From a virus (taxonomy: Duplodnaviria > Caudoviricetes), in the IMG/VR virus record IMGVR_UViG_3300020578_005808, positions 1 to 64,000 of that record: DNA of 64,000 nt; one strand, 5' to 3'. The notes under the pieces are model-generated. The model saw nothing but the letters and a program-made list of their open reading frames with translations, ran no database searches and was not told the origin of the DNA. Positions 33,173-43,393 of this stretch are shown piece after piece. Position numbers and translations under genes: made by a program. The stretch's first letter is position 1. Every line of letters starts with the position of its first letter.

Positions 33173-35044
33173 ATGTCAGAGCAAAGAAAGAAAAAAATTG
33201 TATATCAAAGTGATTTTGCACTAAGCAAGACGGGTTTCGGCAGAAACACAAAAGCAATTTTGTCATATTTATTCAATACAGGTAAATATGAAATAATTTC
33301 TATTGCTGGTGGATTATCTAAAGCGCACCCAGAATTAGAAAGAACTCCATGGAAAAGTATAGGAGTAGTTCCTTTATCAGGCCCAGAACTCGCTGATTAT
33401 AACAGCTCCGCTGAAAAAGCTCGATCTTATGCTTATGGAATTTTTGAAGCAGATAAGGTAATTAGAGAAGAAAAGCCTGATATTTTTATTGGAGTTCAAG
33501 ATTTTTGGGGTGTTGATTTTGCAATTACTAAACCTTGGTTCAATAAAATAACCTCAGTAATTTGGACTACTTTAGATTCTTTACCAATTTTACCAAATGC
33601 AGTAAAAGAAGCTCCAAAGATCAAAAATTATTGGGTATGGTCTAATTTCGCGGAAAAAGAATTACATAAACTTGGCCACACTCAAGTAAAAACAGTTCAT
33701 GGCAGTATTGAAGTTGAACATTTTAAACCTTTAACCAAGGACGAAAGAGAGAAAATAAGAGAAAAAAATAACATTTCCGAAAGCGAATTTGTAATTGGAT
33801 TTGTATTTCGCAATCAATTAAGAAAATCGGTTCCAAATTTACTTCAAGGATTTAAAATTTTTAAAGATCAAAATCCTCTTGTTTCTGCAAAACTTTTACT
33901 TCATACAAATTGGCAAGAAGGCTGGAACATAGCCAAATTATGCGGAGAAGCAAATGTAAAATTAACAGATATTTTAACCACATACATTTGCAAGACTTGT
34001 AAAAGCTATGAAATAAAAAACTTTGAAGGTCCAGAAATAACTTGCCCATTTTGTAAAACAAAAAGTTCTTTTGTAACTACTGGAGTTACTAATGGAGTAA
34101 ATGAAAAGCAACTAAATGAAATATATAATTGCATGGATGTTTACTGTCATCCGTTTACAAGCGGTGGGCAAGAAATACCAATTCAAGAAGCTAAGTTAGC
34201 CGGACTAATAACATTAGTTACTAATTATAGTTGTGGAGAAGAAATGTGCTGTGCAGAAGCTTGTTCTTTACCATTGTCTTGGAGCGAGTATAGAGAATTC
34301 GGAACCGAATTCATCAAAGCTTCAACATGTCCTAAATCTATAGCTGAAAACTTGCAAAAAGTTTTCTCTATGCCAGAGCAAGAAAAACAAAAAATGGGCA
34401 AAAAAGCTCGCAAATGGGCAATAGAAAATTTCTCAGTAGAATCAATAGGAGCAAAAATTGAAGCCTTTATAGACTCGGCTCCTTTCGCAGAACATTCCGA
34501 GGAACCTCCTCCCAAACCCATTGTTGATCCTGACGTTGAAATTCCTGATATTCAAGATAAACTATTATGGGTTAAAACTTTATATGATAAAATTCTTGGT
34601 CGAAAAATGCCAGACGATGATGAGGGAGTAATTCATTGGATTCAAAAAATTGAATCCGGCATGTCAAAGCAAACAATTATATCCTATTTTAGATCTGTAG
34701 CCAAACAAGAAATTTCTAAATTTAAGCCCACTACATTCAAAGATATATTTGGAGAATCAGGAGCAGAAGATAGAATTTTAGTAATTATTAATTCAAGCAA
34801 AGACAACATATTTCTCGCAACGAAAATAATCAATAGTCTTAAACAAAAATATAACCAAAAGAAAATTTTTATTTATACAAATAAAGAAGGAGCAGAAATA
34901 TTTTTAGGTAACGATAATGTTTCTGATGTTTTAATTCAAGGCAAAGAATTTAAAAATCCAGATTTTATTAAAGAAAACTTTTATGAATGTTACTCTCTAG
35001 ATGATTTTTCATTAAACAGCAACCATTTTTCGTTTTTAAAATGA
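33173..35044 (+). CDS. Multidomain GT4-like glycosyltransferase with Zn-ribbon insert and DUF4214-like domain
   Basis: KTGFGR, RNQLRKSVP, HPFTSGGQEIPIQEA; CKTC...CPFC insert; LYDKILGR.PDDDEGVIHW. Confidence 0.8.
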   Translation: MSEQRKKKIVYQSDFALSKTGFGRNTKAILSYLFNTGKYEIISIAGGLSKAHPELERTPWKSIGVVPLSGPELADYNSSAEKARSYAYGIFEADKVIREEKPDIFIGVQDFWGVDFAITKPWFNKITSVIWTTLDSLPILPNAVKEAPKIKNYWVWSNFAEKELHKLGHTQVKTVHGSIEVEHFKPLTKDEREKIREKNNISESEFVIGFVFRNQLRKSVPNLLQGFKIFKDQNPLVSAKLLLHTNWQEGWNIAKLCGEANVKLTDILTTYICKTCKSYEIKNFEGPEITCPFCKTKSSFVTTGVTNGVNEKQLNEIYNCMDVYCHPFTSGGQEIPIQEAKLAGLITLVTNYSCGEEMCCAEACSLPLSWSEYREFGTEFIKASTCPKSIAENLQKVFSMPEQEKQKMGKKARKWAIENFSVESIGAKIEAFIDSAPFAEHSEEPPPKPIVDPDVEIPDIQDKLLWVKTLYDKILGRKMPDDDEGVIHWIQKIESGMSKQTIISYFRSVAKQEISKFKPTTFKDIFGESGAEDRILVIINSSKDNIFLATKIINSLKQKYNQKKIFIYTNKEGAEIFLGNDNVSDVLIQGKEFKNPDFIKENFYECYSLDDFSLNSNHFSFLK

Positions 35045-36201
35045 ATTTATTAAAATCTTTCGAAGCTACAAGTTTAGTCAAAGCAACTAGTGGATATTTA
35101 TATGAAAAATTCTACCCATTAGCTTTTCAAAAATATATTATAATAAACACTGATAATGAAGATCAGAATTCTAATTATTTATTTTGGAATCGAGTTGTTC
35201 AATTAATAACTCCCTATTTAGAAAAACAAGAAATAAATATAGTTGAATTCGCAGAAAGCAAAAAATTTAATTTTGATCATCTTATAATTGACAAGACCGT
35301 TTCCTTAGCGGAAAAAACTTATTTAATAAAGAAGGCTAAATTTTTTTGCGGCAGCTCTAAATTTTATTCTTTAATCGCTTCAGAATACAATGTAGACCAA
35401 TGTGTGTTGAGATACGATTATGAAATAGATAATTTATTAGCCGAAAAAAATCAAATAATAGAATCTAGAGAAAAAAGGAAGGGATTTTTGAATCCAGTCG
35501 GGAACAATATTAACAATATACGACCAGAAGAAATTGCGGAGGTAATTATTAAAAGAGTATGCGGTGAAATAGAATTTAAATGTGATAAAACTCTATCTAT
35601 CGGTAAAGTTTTTTCTATTCCAAGCATAGATTTAATTCCCGACTGCAACTTTAAAATATCTAATTCAAAAACCCCAAATGAAACAATTATTAGAATGGAT
35701 TACTTCTTTTCTGAAGAAAATTTAGTAGCCCAACTAAACCATTATCCTTGTTCAATAGTAACGAACAAACCAATAAATAAAGATATATTAAACAGCGTTA
35801 AAAAAAGAATAAAAAAATTATACTTCAAAGTTGAGCAAAATTCAGATGCTTCTTTTCTCGATGACTTAGACTCACTTAATATAAACTACGATATAATAAC
35901 AAATTTAAAAGAAAAAGAACTTGAGAAAGAAAAAATTAAATATTTAGATTATAAAAAAATCAACAAGCTAAATTTAGTAGATCTAAGCTTCATTAATGAT
36001 ATAGACAAAAGCAAAGTATACTTTAGAACAAATAAAATTTTAATTAAATCAGGCAATACATATGGTAGCAGATGGCATTTAAAAAATAATTTACCAACTA
36101 AAGAAATAAGAAATGCAAACTTTTCCCTTCCTCCAGAAATAGATGATTCTTTTAGGGAGGAGGCTGATAATTTTTACTTCTTGACTTCTGAGGATCTGTA
36201 A
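35041..36201 (+). CDS. GT9-like protein, possibly inactive
   Basis: NYLFWNRVVQLI and SLAEKTYLIKKAKFFCGSS...IAS resemble the GT9 C-domain. Confidence 0.45.
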   Translation: MNLLKSFEATSLVKATSGYLYEKFYPLAFQKYIIINTDNEDQNSNYLFWNRVVQLITPYLEKQEINIVEFAESKKFNFDHLIIDKTVSLAEKTYLIKKAKFFCGSSKFYSLIASEYNVDQCVLRYDYEIDNLLAEKNQIIESREKRKGFLNPVGNNINNIRPEEIAEVIIKRVCGEIEFKCDKTLSIGKVFSIPSIDLIPDCNFKISNSKTPNETIIRMDYFFSEENLVAQLNHYPCSIVTNKPINKDILNSVKKRIKKLYFKVEQNSDASFLDDLDSLNINYDIITNLKEKELEKEKIKYLDYKKINKLNLVDLSFINDIDKSKVYFRTNKILIKSGNTYGSRWHLKNNLPTKEIRNANFSLPPEIDDSFREEADNFYFLTSEDL

Positions 36202-36208
36202 CCACAAT
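36181..36208 (+). promoter_or_regulatory. sigma70-type promoter, leaderless (36215 ORF)
   Basis: TTGACT-16nt-CACAAT, ATG 6 nt later; -35 inside the upstream CDS. Confidence 0.6.
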
Positions 36209-36214
36209 TAGCAG

Positions 36215-36922
36215 ATGAGTTCTACGCCTCCTAAAACTTTTTCAAGAAATGAGTATGGTTTACTAATCGATCCACCTATTCCTTATGTATTTAATGAAGA
36301 TGGATCTGTAAATTGGCGAAAAATGATTCGTCCAGAATTTCTTGTGCCCAACAAGCAGAGAACGCAAGAAACAGATATTTCAAAACTAGAAGATAAAGAT
36401 CTTCTTATTTTATTAGGTGGAATTAAGGAATTGGCTCAGATTAGAGGATTTACCCGAGTATGTTATGAAGTTCCTGAGGCTAGTTCAAATTATGTTATCG
36501 CTACTTGTTATATCAAGTGGATTGCTAATTATGAAACAAATAATCAAGAAATATCATTTCAGTCTTTAGCTGACGCATCTCCAGATAATACTCAGAGCTT
36601 TGCTAGAAATTATTTGGCTGCTATAGCTGAAAATAGATCATTTGTTCGGTGCGTTCGAAACTTTCTTAAGATTAATATTGTAGGCCAAGATGAAATTGGA
36701 GCAAAAACTAATTTTGAAGAACTAACCCCCGAAAGCCCATTATCTCCAACAGCTGTTCTTTCTAACTTAATGAAAGAAAGAGGGATCTCTTTAGATGACG
36801 TAAAAAAGAGACTTGTGAAAGATAAGTTTGAAAATGCTGATCAAATAACTACTTTAGCAGATATCCCAAAGCCTAAAATATTTGAACTTATAGACAGAAT
36901 TAAGAAATCTGCAAGTAAGTAA
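36215..36922 (+). CDS. Putative single-strand annealing protein (Rad52-like fold)
   Basis: LGGIKELAQIRG, ADASPDN, AIAENRSFVRCVRNFLKI resemble the AETRA..RA.R motif of phage annealing proteins. Confidence 0.45.
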   Translation: MSSTPPKTFSRNEYGLLIDPPIPYVFNEDGSVNWRKMIRPEFLVPNKQRTQETDISKLEDKDLLILLGGIKELAQIRGFTRVCYEVPEASSNYVIATCYIKWIANYETNNQEISFQSLADASPDNTQSFARNYLAAIAENRSFVRCVRNFLKINIVGQDEIGAKTNFEELTPESPLSPTAVLSNLMKERGISLDDVKKRLVKDKFENADQITTLADIPKPKIFELIDRIKKSASK

Positions 36923-37186
36923 TTACCATTTCCCAGCGGGACAGCTTTCAAAATCTAATCGAACCTTTATTGAAACAAAGCACCCGCATAAATCACATCT
37001 ACCTATCCCTTTAGAAAAATTAGGGCACGTATTACAAATATTTAATCTCTGATCTGCATTAAGCGGGTCAGAGATTATTTTTTTTTCATGTTTTATAGTT
37101 GAAAAAGCTTTTTGGCTAGTAGAAGATATACTATTTTTCATCTTCAAACCTTCTTTAAAAAGGTTCTGGAAAAAATTCCCATTCAT
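36923..37186 (-). CDS. Small Cys-rich phage protein
   Basis: RLNICNTCP...RCDLCGCFV..K...SCPAGKW; start placed at ATG 37186. Confidence 0.8.
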   Translation of the reverse strand: MNGNFFQNLFKEGLKMKNSISSTSQKAFSTIKHEKKIISDPLNADQRLNICNTCPNFSKGIGRCDLCGCFVSIKVRLDFESCPAGKW

Positions 37187-37187
37187 A

Positions 37188-40100
37188 TTAAACAACTAAT
37201 ATTATAGACGGATATAGATTAGAATATCTAAAATCTAAAGAAGTTGTAGAGGATGTTCCGCACGATTCACTACAAAAAACAGGAATACCATTAACTCTTC
37301 CGTTTGGTAAAGATAATGAAAAAGCATTTCCAGATGGAGATTCAGAAATAGTACCTTCCTTGAAAAATTGAAATTTACTTGTAGTAGAATATTTTGAAGA
37401 TGGTATAGATGTTGTTGGAGGAACAGTTCTTGGATAAAGATCTCCGAAAACCCCGGGGCAAGCGATAAAAGAAACCCCATTTTCTTTAAATGGCTCAGTA
37501 AAAGTACAAGAGTAATTGTCTTTTCTATAGATACCAAAATATTTGTTAGTAAATTTTTTAATATAATCCATCGGGAAAGCTTTTTCCATCCATGGATGAA
37601 TCATTGCTGAAAATTTAATACTAGATCCATCTTCTGTAGATATAATATAAGTTCCAGCACCAGTGTCTAACTGAGAAGGTACATTTTGCGATTCTAAATA
37701 AGATCTTCCAACGCTTCTACTTGCAGAAACAGAAAATCCAGAATTACTTGGTATAAAATAACTACTTTCAGAAGTATAAGATACCCTAACTCCTTCAGTG
37801 CTAAAGTCTAGCAGTTGATTTTTATTTGCAATATCATCGATTTGATAATACGAGTTACTAAAAGAAACATTGTTCACAGCCCAAACTGTTGGAAGTATTA
37901 ATCTTACTTCATTTAAACTATTTATTCCAATAGCCATTCTATTAAAAAAGCTTCCTGCCCGAGTAATCATATTAGGTAGCGTTCCATAAGCTGGAGAACC
38001 ATCAGATCTCATAGACAAAGGCATTAATGTAAACCATGGAGCAGTATATCTAGGATTATAAAGAAATACAGCTGGACTATTATCAGTATAAACATTTAAA
38101 TAATTTAAAGCAAATGTTTGAGCTGTTTTAGGAACAGAAATATTATTACTATTGTTGACATCTGGAGCTGCGACATCCGTTGAAGAAAAAGAGCTAGTAA
38201 TATCACTAGATAACTCAGAATCTTCTAATTCAGAAGCGCTGGCATCAGTTGTTTCAGTATATATTCTGACTTCATCTACAGGACTTAAAGTTTTTGCAAC
38301 ATATAGTTTAGAAATAGCAAACCAATCAGGATCAAGAATTTCAATCGAAGTGTCATTATTAGAACTAGCATTTTTATTTATATACGGATAAGAAGATCTA
38401 TCCGAATCCTCATCAGGAATATTAGCATTAGAATCAATAATATTATTTCTAGATAAATAATCTTGTAATATTTGAGATTGCTCAGAATTAAGAGCTGCAT
38501 CATTACCTCCAACTTCACTTAGTAATTTACCGCCAAAAACAGATGCTTTTAAATTACTAAAAGAATTATTTACTGGAATAAGTACCTGTTTATTAACATT
38601 TAAATTAGTGCCAAAAATTTTATAAGAAGATTTAACAATTGGAGTTAAGTCAACGAAAAGTTGAGTTCTTTGATCTTGTTTAGTTTTAAATGTTGAGTAA
38701 CCGTAACCCGGATCTATTACTTTAACACCTGAAATTTTTCCATATTCATTTAAGGTAATTTCCGCCTCTGCTTTCTTGCCATTTGGATCAAGATTTGGTT
38801 CTGGCATTGAAACTGATGGCGGTATTAAAAATACATCATCAGGTTTGAATGGTAACTCAACATAACTTATCGTACCAGATCTAACCGGATCTAAGTAAAA
38901 TGCTTTGGCAGATGAACTAAGTTTATATAAAACCTTAGTAGTTTGAATTGATTCTCCGGATCCACTTGAGTCAAAATAATAATATTTAAAATTTGTTATT
39001 TTATCAAAATACTTGAATCCTCTATCTGGGATCTGAATACCTCTCAAAGCTAAATCTCCGAAAGAAATAGCTACTGTATTATCATTTGTATTTCTAGAAG
39101 AAAAACTTATAAATTCATCATAGACAATATATTTCCATCTTGGCGGCAAAAGTAATTTAGAAAAGCTATAATCAACACTTCTATAAGGACTTACGCAGGT
39201 AACTTTATGACTTTCGATTACTATTTTTAAATTGTTAGTTTTATTGTCCTGAATAGTTATTTTATCAAAAAGAGATAAGTATCCAGTTTTATCAACCTCA
39301 GCCCTCGATAGTCTTAATGTAAATTTATTTTCAGAATCATTATAATTTGTAAGAGGACCAGAGAACTGAAGAGAAGTGTTTGATAAAATAGTTCTATAAA
39401 CAGAACCATCAAAATATTTTACGGAAACAGTTAATTCATTTGTAATTATATTAATTGAATTATTAAAAAATTTATAGTTTGGAAAATCATCTATTATTTT
39501 CCAGAAAAGAATAACGTCAGACGTTTTTCCATCGGTTCCCTTTATAATATTAATACATGGTAAAATTTCAGAAACACAAGCTGGATAAAAATGACCTCTA
39601 AAATTATCAGAGGAAGAATTTAGCGGCGTTGCTTCGTAATAAAATCCTTCGAAAAAACCATCTCCAATATTTAATATATTTCCAAAAGATGAATAAACTT
39701 TCCCTTTGAACTTATCAGTATCTAAAAAAGCGTGGTTAAAATTATTATCTTTGGAAGAAGTTATGTTATTAAATATAGATGTAGTGTCTTCAGCTTGATA
39801 GTACGCCTCAGAAATAATAGCAGTTATCTCGTATTTTAACTGAGCTGGCTTTTGCTGAACAACTTCTAAAGAAGGACTAGAAGCATCTGGAGTTGTTATA
39901 CTGCTGGGATTAAGAGCATCGAAAAACAAAAATGTTTGCTTGCTATAAAATTCTCCAATCGAAGTTTTAATTTTTACTAAAAAGAATAAAGCAGAACCTA
40001 TATTAGGAACTGAAACTGATAGTTTACTAAAAACAATTTTATATCCAGTAACGTTATTTCCGCTATCTTTTATATCAAATAAAGAAGTTTGATCAAAGCT

Positions 40101-40676
40101 AAGTTTTATTGGAATCCAACTTAAAGTGTTTTCATTTTTATATAAAAGCTCAACCGAAGAAATAAGAGAAGAATTAAAATTTTCATCAGCAATTAACAAT
40201 ATAGTTCCTTTTATTTGATTAAAAGTTCCGTCTTCTCTAGAAACGGAAAATCCATCTGTTTCATTAAAGATTTTTCCTACTGTTTGTGTATCAGAATACG
40301 CTCTTTTTACGTAAATAGGATCGGAAGAAAAAGAATCCCCAAAGTCATTAGATACAATCAAAGTTAATTTAGTTGCTAAAGTCCTATGAAAAACTACTTC
40401 GTACCCTCTTGAAGATAAATTAGTTACATCTATAATCGGCAAAACCTCTTCAGTAATAAAGTAAACAATCTGTTGGTATCGAGGATCTATCGATCCTACT
40501 TCAATTTTTAATTCAATTTTAGTAGCATTAGAGGCTTTCCATTTTATTACTGCCTTATCTAATAGCCCTAACTGATCTGCTGCCACATCAAAATAAATAC
40601 TGCCAGTTGGAGATCCTGAATTTCCAGCATCATTTCCATCTAACAACAGAGAAATAGTTCCTTGGGCTATAGGCAT
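37188..40676 (-). CDS. Large probable virion structural (tail/baseplate) protein
   Basis: 1162 aa, S/N/F-rich beta-type; GKISGVKVIDPGYGY motif typical of phage tail/baseplate proteins. Confidence 0.7.
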   Translation of the reverse strand: MPIAQGTISLLLDGNDAGNSGSPTGSIYFDVAADQLGLLDKAVIKWKASNATKIELKIEVGSIDPRYQQIVYFITEEVLPIIDVTNLSSRGYEVVFHRTLATKLTLIVSNDFGDSFSSDPIYVKRAYSDTQTVGKIFNETDGFSVSREDGTFNQIKGTILLIADENFNSSLISSVELLYKNENTLSWIPIKLSFDQTSLFDIKDSGNNVTGYKIVFSKLSVSVPNIGSALFFLVKIKTSIGEFYSKQTFLFFDALNPSSITTPDASSPSLEVVQQKPAQLKYEITAIISEAYYQAEDTTSIFNNITSSKDNNFNHAFLDTDKFKGKVYSSFGNILNIGDGFFEGFYYEATPLNSSSDNFRGHFYPACVSEILPCINIIKGTDGKTSDVILFWKIIDDFPNYKFFNNSINIITNELTVSVKYFDGSVYRTILSNTSLQFSGPLTNYNDSENKFTLRLSRAEVDKTGYLSLFDKITIQDNKTNNLKIVIESHKVTCVSPYRSVDYSFSKLLLPPRWKYIVYDEFISFSSRNTNDNTVAISFGDLALRGIQIPDRGFKYFDKITNFKYYYFDSSGSGESIQTTKVLYKLSSSAKAFYLDPVRSGTISYVELPFKPDDVFLIPPSVSMPEPNLDPNGKKAEAEITLNEYGKISGVKVIDPGYGYSTFKTKQDQRTQLFVDLTPIVKSSYKIFGTNLNVNKQVLIPVNNSFSNLKASVFGGKLLSEVGGNDAALNSEQSQILQDYLSRNNIIDSNANIPDEDSDRSSYPYINKNASSNNDTSIEILDPDWFAISKLYVAKTLSPVDEVRIYTETTDASASELEDSELSSDITSSFSSTDVAAPDVNNSNNISVPKTAQTFALNYLNVYTDNSPAVFLYNPRYTAPWFTLMPLSMRSDGSPAYGTLPNMITRAGSFFNRMAIGINSLNEVRLILPTVWAVNNVSFSNSYYQIDDIANKNQLLDFSTEGVRVSYTSESSYFIPSNSGFSVSASRSVGRSYLESQNVPSQLDTGAGTYIISTEDGSSIKFSAMIHPWMEKAFPMDYIKKFTNKYFGIYRKDNYSCTFTEPFKENGVSFIACPGVFGDLYPRTVPPTTSIPSSKYSTTSKFQFFKEGTISESPSGNAFSLSLPNGRVNGIPVFCSESCGTSSTTSLDFRYSNLYPSIILVV

Positions 40677-40678
40677 AA

Positions 40679-43393
40679 TTAATAAATAGGTGTATAGTTT
40701 ACATTTATAGTAACATCATCCTCGTTAAAGTCAGAATCTGGAGAAATATTCAATGAGTATGTAAAATTATTAATCTTATTAAATGTTACACCTTTAAGCT
40801 CTTCATTAGGATTAAGATAAGATTCAAAAGAAAAGAAAAGCGCTTCTGGATCTAAAGAAATATACTTATAATAATCAGAGATATTAATTACCGAATCGTC
40901 AATTGCTTTTAATATTAAATGAGCGTAAATTGTTTCTTCTTTTTTGAAATTAGATATTTCAGTTGTTAAACTAGAATCACTATAAAATTTTACGATAGCT
41001 GGATTTTCCATAGAAAGCCTCAGTGGCAAAATATAAACAGAACTTGATGCACTAGCTGTTCTTATGGTTTCAATTCCAGAAGAAGCGTATAAACTTCTTG
41101 TTGTAACTTTTACAGAAAGACTTTTTGAATTAACTAAAGAAAAGTACTCAGTTGTTATCGTTGAAGAATTAGAGGAAGTCGAATAATCTAAAAGTTGAGT
41201 TGAAGAGTAAATGACATTAGATTGATCATTTATAATTTCAATTAAGACATCAGTAGAATTTGAATAATCAAAAGAAAAAGTTAAACTAATAGAGTCTAAA
41301 TCACTATATTCTTTATTTAAAATTGAAACATTAGATACAGTTGGCGTAGTAGTTACATATTCTTTGAAATAAAATGGAAGAGTGAATTCTGTTCCATCTG
41401 TTAAAATAGCAGTTAAATTTACTTTTTTATCACTACCTAAGCCGAGAAGTAAATCCTCTTTTGAAATTTCATAATAGTTGCCATCTGGTATTTCTACAGA
41501 ATCGTATTCACCAAAACGAAATTGTAAATTGCTCCCGTAAACATACTCTAATAAAAATCTAAAATTATCCGAACTAGATCTTAAAAAATAATAAACATAT
41601 GTTAATGGAGAACTCTGAGTAAAATCTGTTCCGGAAACAGCAGAATAAACATTACCTTCTAAATCATAAAAATTTCCTAATATCGCTCCTCTATAAAGTT
41701 TTAAAGAAAAGGAATCTATAGAAATTGACTTTTCTATTAATATTGAATCTGAAAAAGAAAAAACACTTGCTTCTAGCGAGTCAAACTCATAAAAATAATT
41801 TCTTACTTCAACATGGAGAGTTCCATATTTACTAGCGGTACTAATATTAGTAATTTGATTAGTACCATCAATAGAATCTGTAATATTTACAGTAGTTGGA
41901 ATTTCATTTTCAAAATAATAGATTAATTTAGTAGCATAGTTAGATATTACTTGTACTGTATCGTCAGATAATTTTTTTAAAGACAAGGTCGGAATTTTAA
42001 CGGTTGGATTAAAATCAACCAAGTACTCTGTTGTATTAGTCCCATCAGTACCTTTAAATCTATATGTAAATATAAAACTCTGCTCAAAATAACTTGGATC
42101 GAATCGATATGAAAAATAAAATGATAAATCTAAACTTTCATTCTCGTATTTTTGAGTAGTTGTTTGAAGAGATCCATTTCCTAAAAATGATTCTTCTGTT
42201 TCGTCGCTTTTTATGTATTTAAGGTATGTAAAATTATAAGCGTATACATTTAATGCATTAGATAAAATAGGTAAATCTTTATAAAGATACGCTGCCGAAT
42301 CTATTACATTGTCAACTTTAAATAAAACTGCTTGAGCTGCACCGCCACATAATTGTTGATCCGCTACAATTTGAACTGGTCCACCATTATATTGGATCAT
42401 GATGTTTCCACCAAGATCGCAAGCCATTGTATCTAAAGGTAAACTAGAAAAACTATCATCAGTATTTATTTTGCCATCCTCATTAAGGCAAACAGTAGGC
42501 AATTCAACTGACAATTCTAATAAATCATCTTGCCCTATTGAACCAGTCTCAACAAAAGATCCATCAACAATTACGGAAAAAGGATAAAGCAACGTAAATA
42601 AATATAAAGAAGACGCTGTTGAAAAAGATGTAGAATCTGCATCTGTAAAATCTTGCAGCACTTTATCCTCAGACAAAGAATCCCTAAAAACTAACACAAA
42701 AGTAGAATAATAAAAACTATCACTTGAAAAATCATAATTTTTAGAAACAAAAATATAAACTTTACATTTTCTATAGGAAGAAAATATTTTTTCAGACACG
42801 TTTGGATAATCTAAATCTTCATAATCCCAAGGATATTGCAATTCATTAACCTTAGATAATGATATTTTATATTTATCTAAAAATATACCCTCGTATTCTC
42901 TAACTTCTGTATAAACATCATTAGATCTAGTATCATCAATAAAAGTATCAGAGTTTTGAACTCCAAAGTAAGCTGTATCTAAAGAGTCTATGCCGTTATT
43001 ATAAATTTTATAAGAGCCTATTAAATCAGATGTATTTAGTGTGCCATCATTATTTATAGAAAGACAATTTTTTTGACTCGGATTCTTATATTTGCATAAA
43101 ATAAATAAATTTGCTAAGCTAGAGTTAATTTCTTGAATCTCACTTCTGTAGGATTCATTATATTGCGCAGCGCTACTTAAACTAGAAGACTCTAAAATTA
43201 TATTATGATAAAAGTTACTTAATTCTGTTTTATTTGATAAACTAATAGAGTTATAGAATTCCCTATTAGTTATGTCTTTAATAAAAGCAGAACTTATCTG
43301 AGTAGAAATATTAGTAGCTTGCTCTCCTATTGGTTTAATAGTTAAAGATTCAATGCAAGCGTTAATATTTAGATAAAATAACTGACTACTCAT
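40679..43393 (-). CDS. Large acidic probable virion structural protein
   Basis: 904 aa, S/Y/D-rich, Ig/FN3-like stretches (TTTPTVSNVSI...ITT), within structural operon. Confidence 0.7.
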   Translation of the reverse strand: MSSQLFYLNINACIESLTIKPIGEQATNISTQISSAFIKDITNREFYNSISLSNKTELSNFYHNIILESSSLSSAAQYNESYRSEIQEINSSLANLFILCKYKNPSQKNCLSINNDGTLNTSDLIGSYKIYNNGIDSLDTAYFGVQNSDTFIDDTRSNDVYTEVREYEGIFLDKYKISLSKVNELQYPWDYEDLDYPNVSEKIFSSYRKCKVYIFVSKNYDFSSDSFYYSTFVLVFRDSLSEDKVLQDFTDADSTSFSTASSLYLFTLLYPFSVIVDGSFVETGSIGQDDLLELSVELPTVCLNEDGKINTDDSFSSLPLDTMACDLGGNIMIQYNGGPVQIVADQQLCGGAAQAVLFKVDNVIDSAAYLYKDLPILSNALNVYAYNFTYLKYIKSDETEESFLGNGSLQTTTQKYENESLDLSFYFSYRFDPSYFEQSFIFTYRFKGTDGTNTTEYLVDFNPTVKIPTLSLKKLSDDTVQVISNYATKLIYYFENEIPTTVNITDSIDGTNQITNISTASKYGTLHVEVRNYFYEFDSLEASVFSFSDSILIEKSISIDSFSLKLYRGAILGNFYDLEGNVYSAVSGTDFTQSSPLTYVYYFLRSSSDNFRFLLEYVYGSNLQFRFGEYDSVEIPDGNYYEISKEDLLLGLGSDKKVNLTAILTDGTEFTLPFYFKEYVTTTPTVSNVSILNKEYSDLDSISLTFSFDYSNSTDVLIEIINDQSNVIYSSTQLLDYSTSSNSSTITTEYFSLVNSKSLSVKVTTRSLYASSGIETIRTASASSSVYILPLRLSMENPAIVKFYSDSSLTTEISNFKKEETIYAHLILKAIDDSVINISDYYKYISLDPEALFFSFESYLNPNEELKGVTFNKINNFTYSLNISPDSDFNEDDVTINVNYTPIY

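Noticed and set aside
40690-40695. GTGTAT at the 40679 junction as another late-promoter motif
   Set aside because: It lies on the strand opposite to the structural operon
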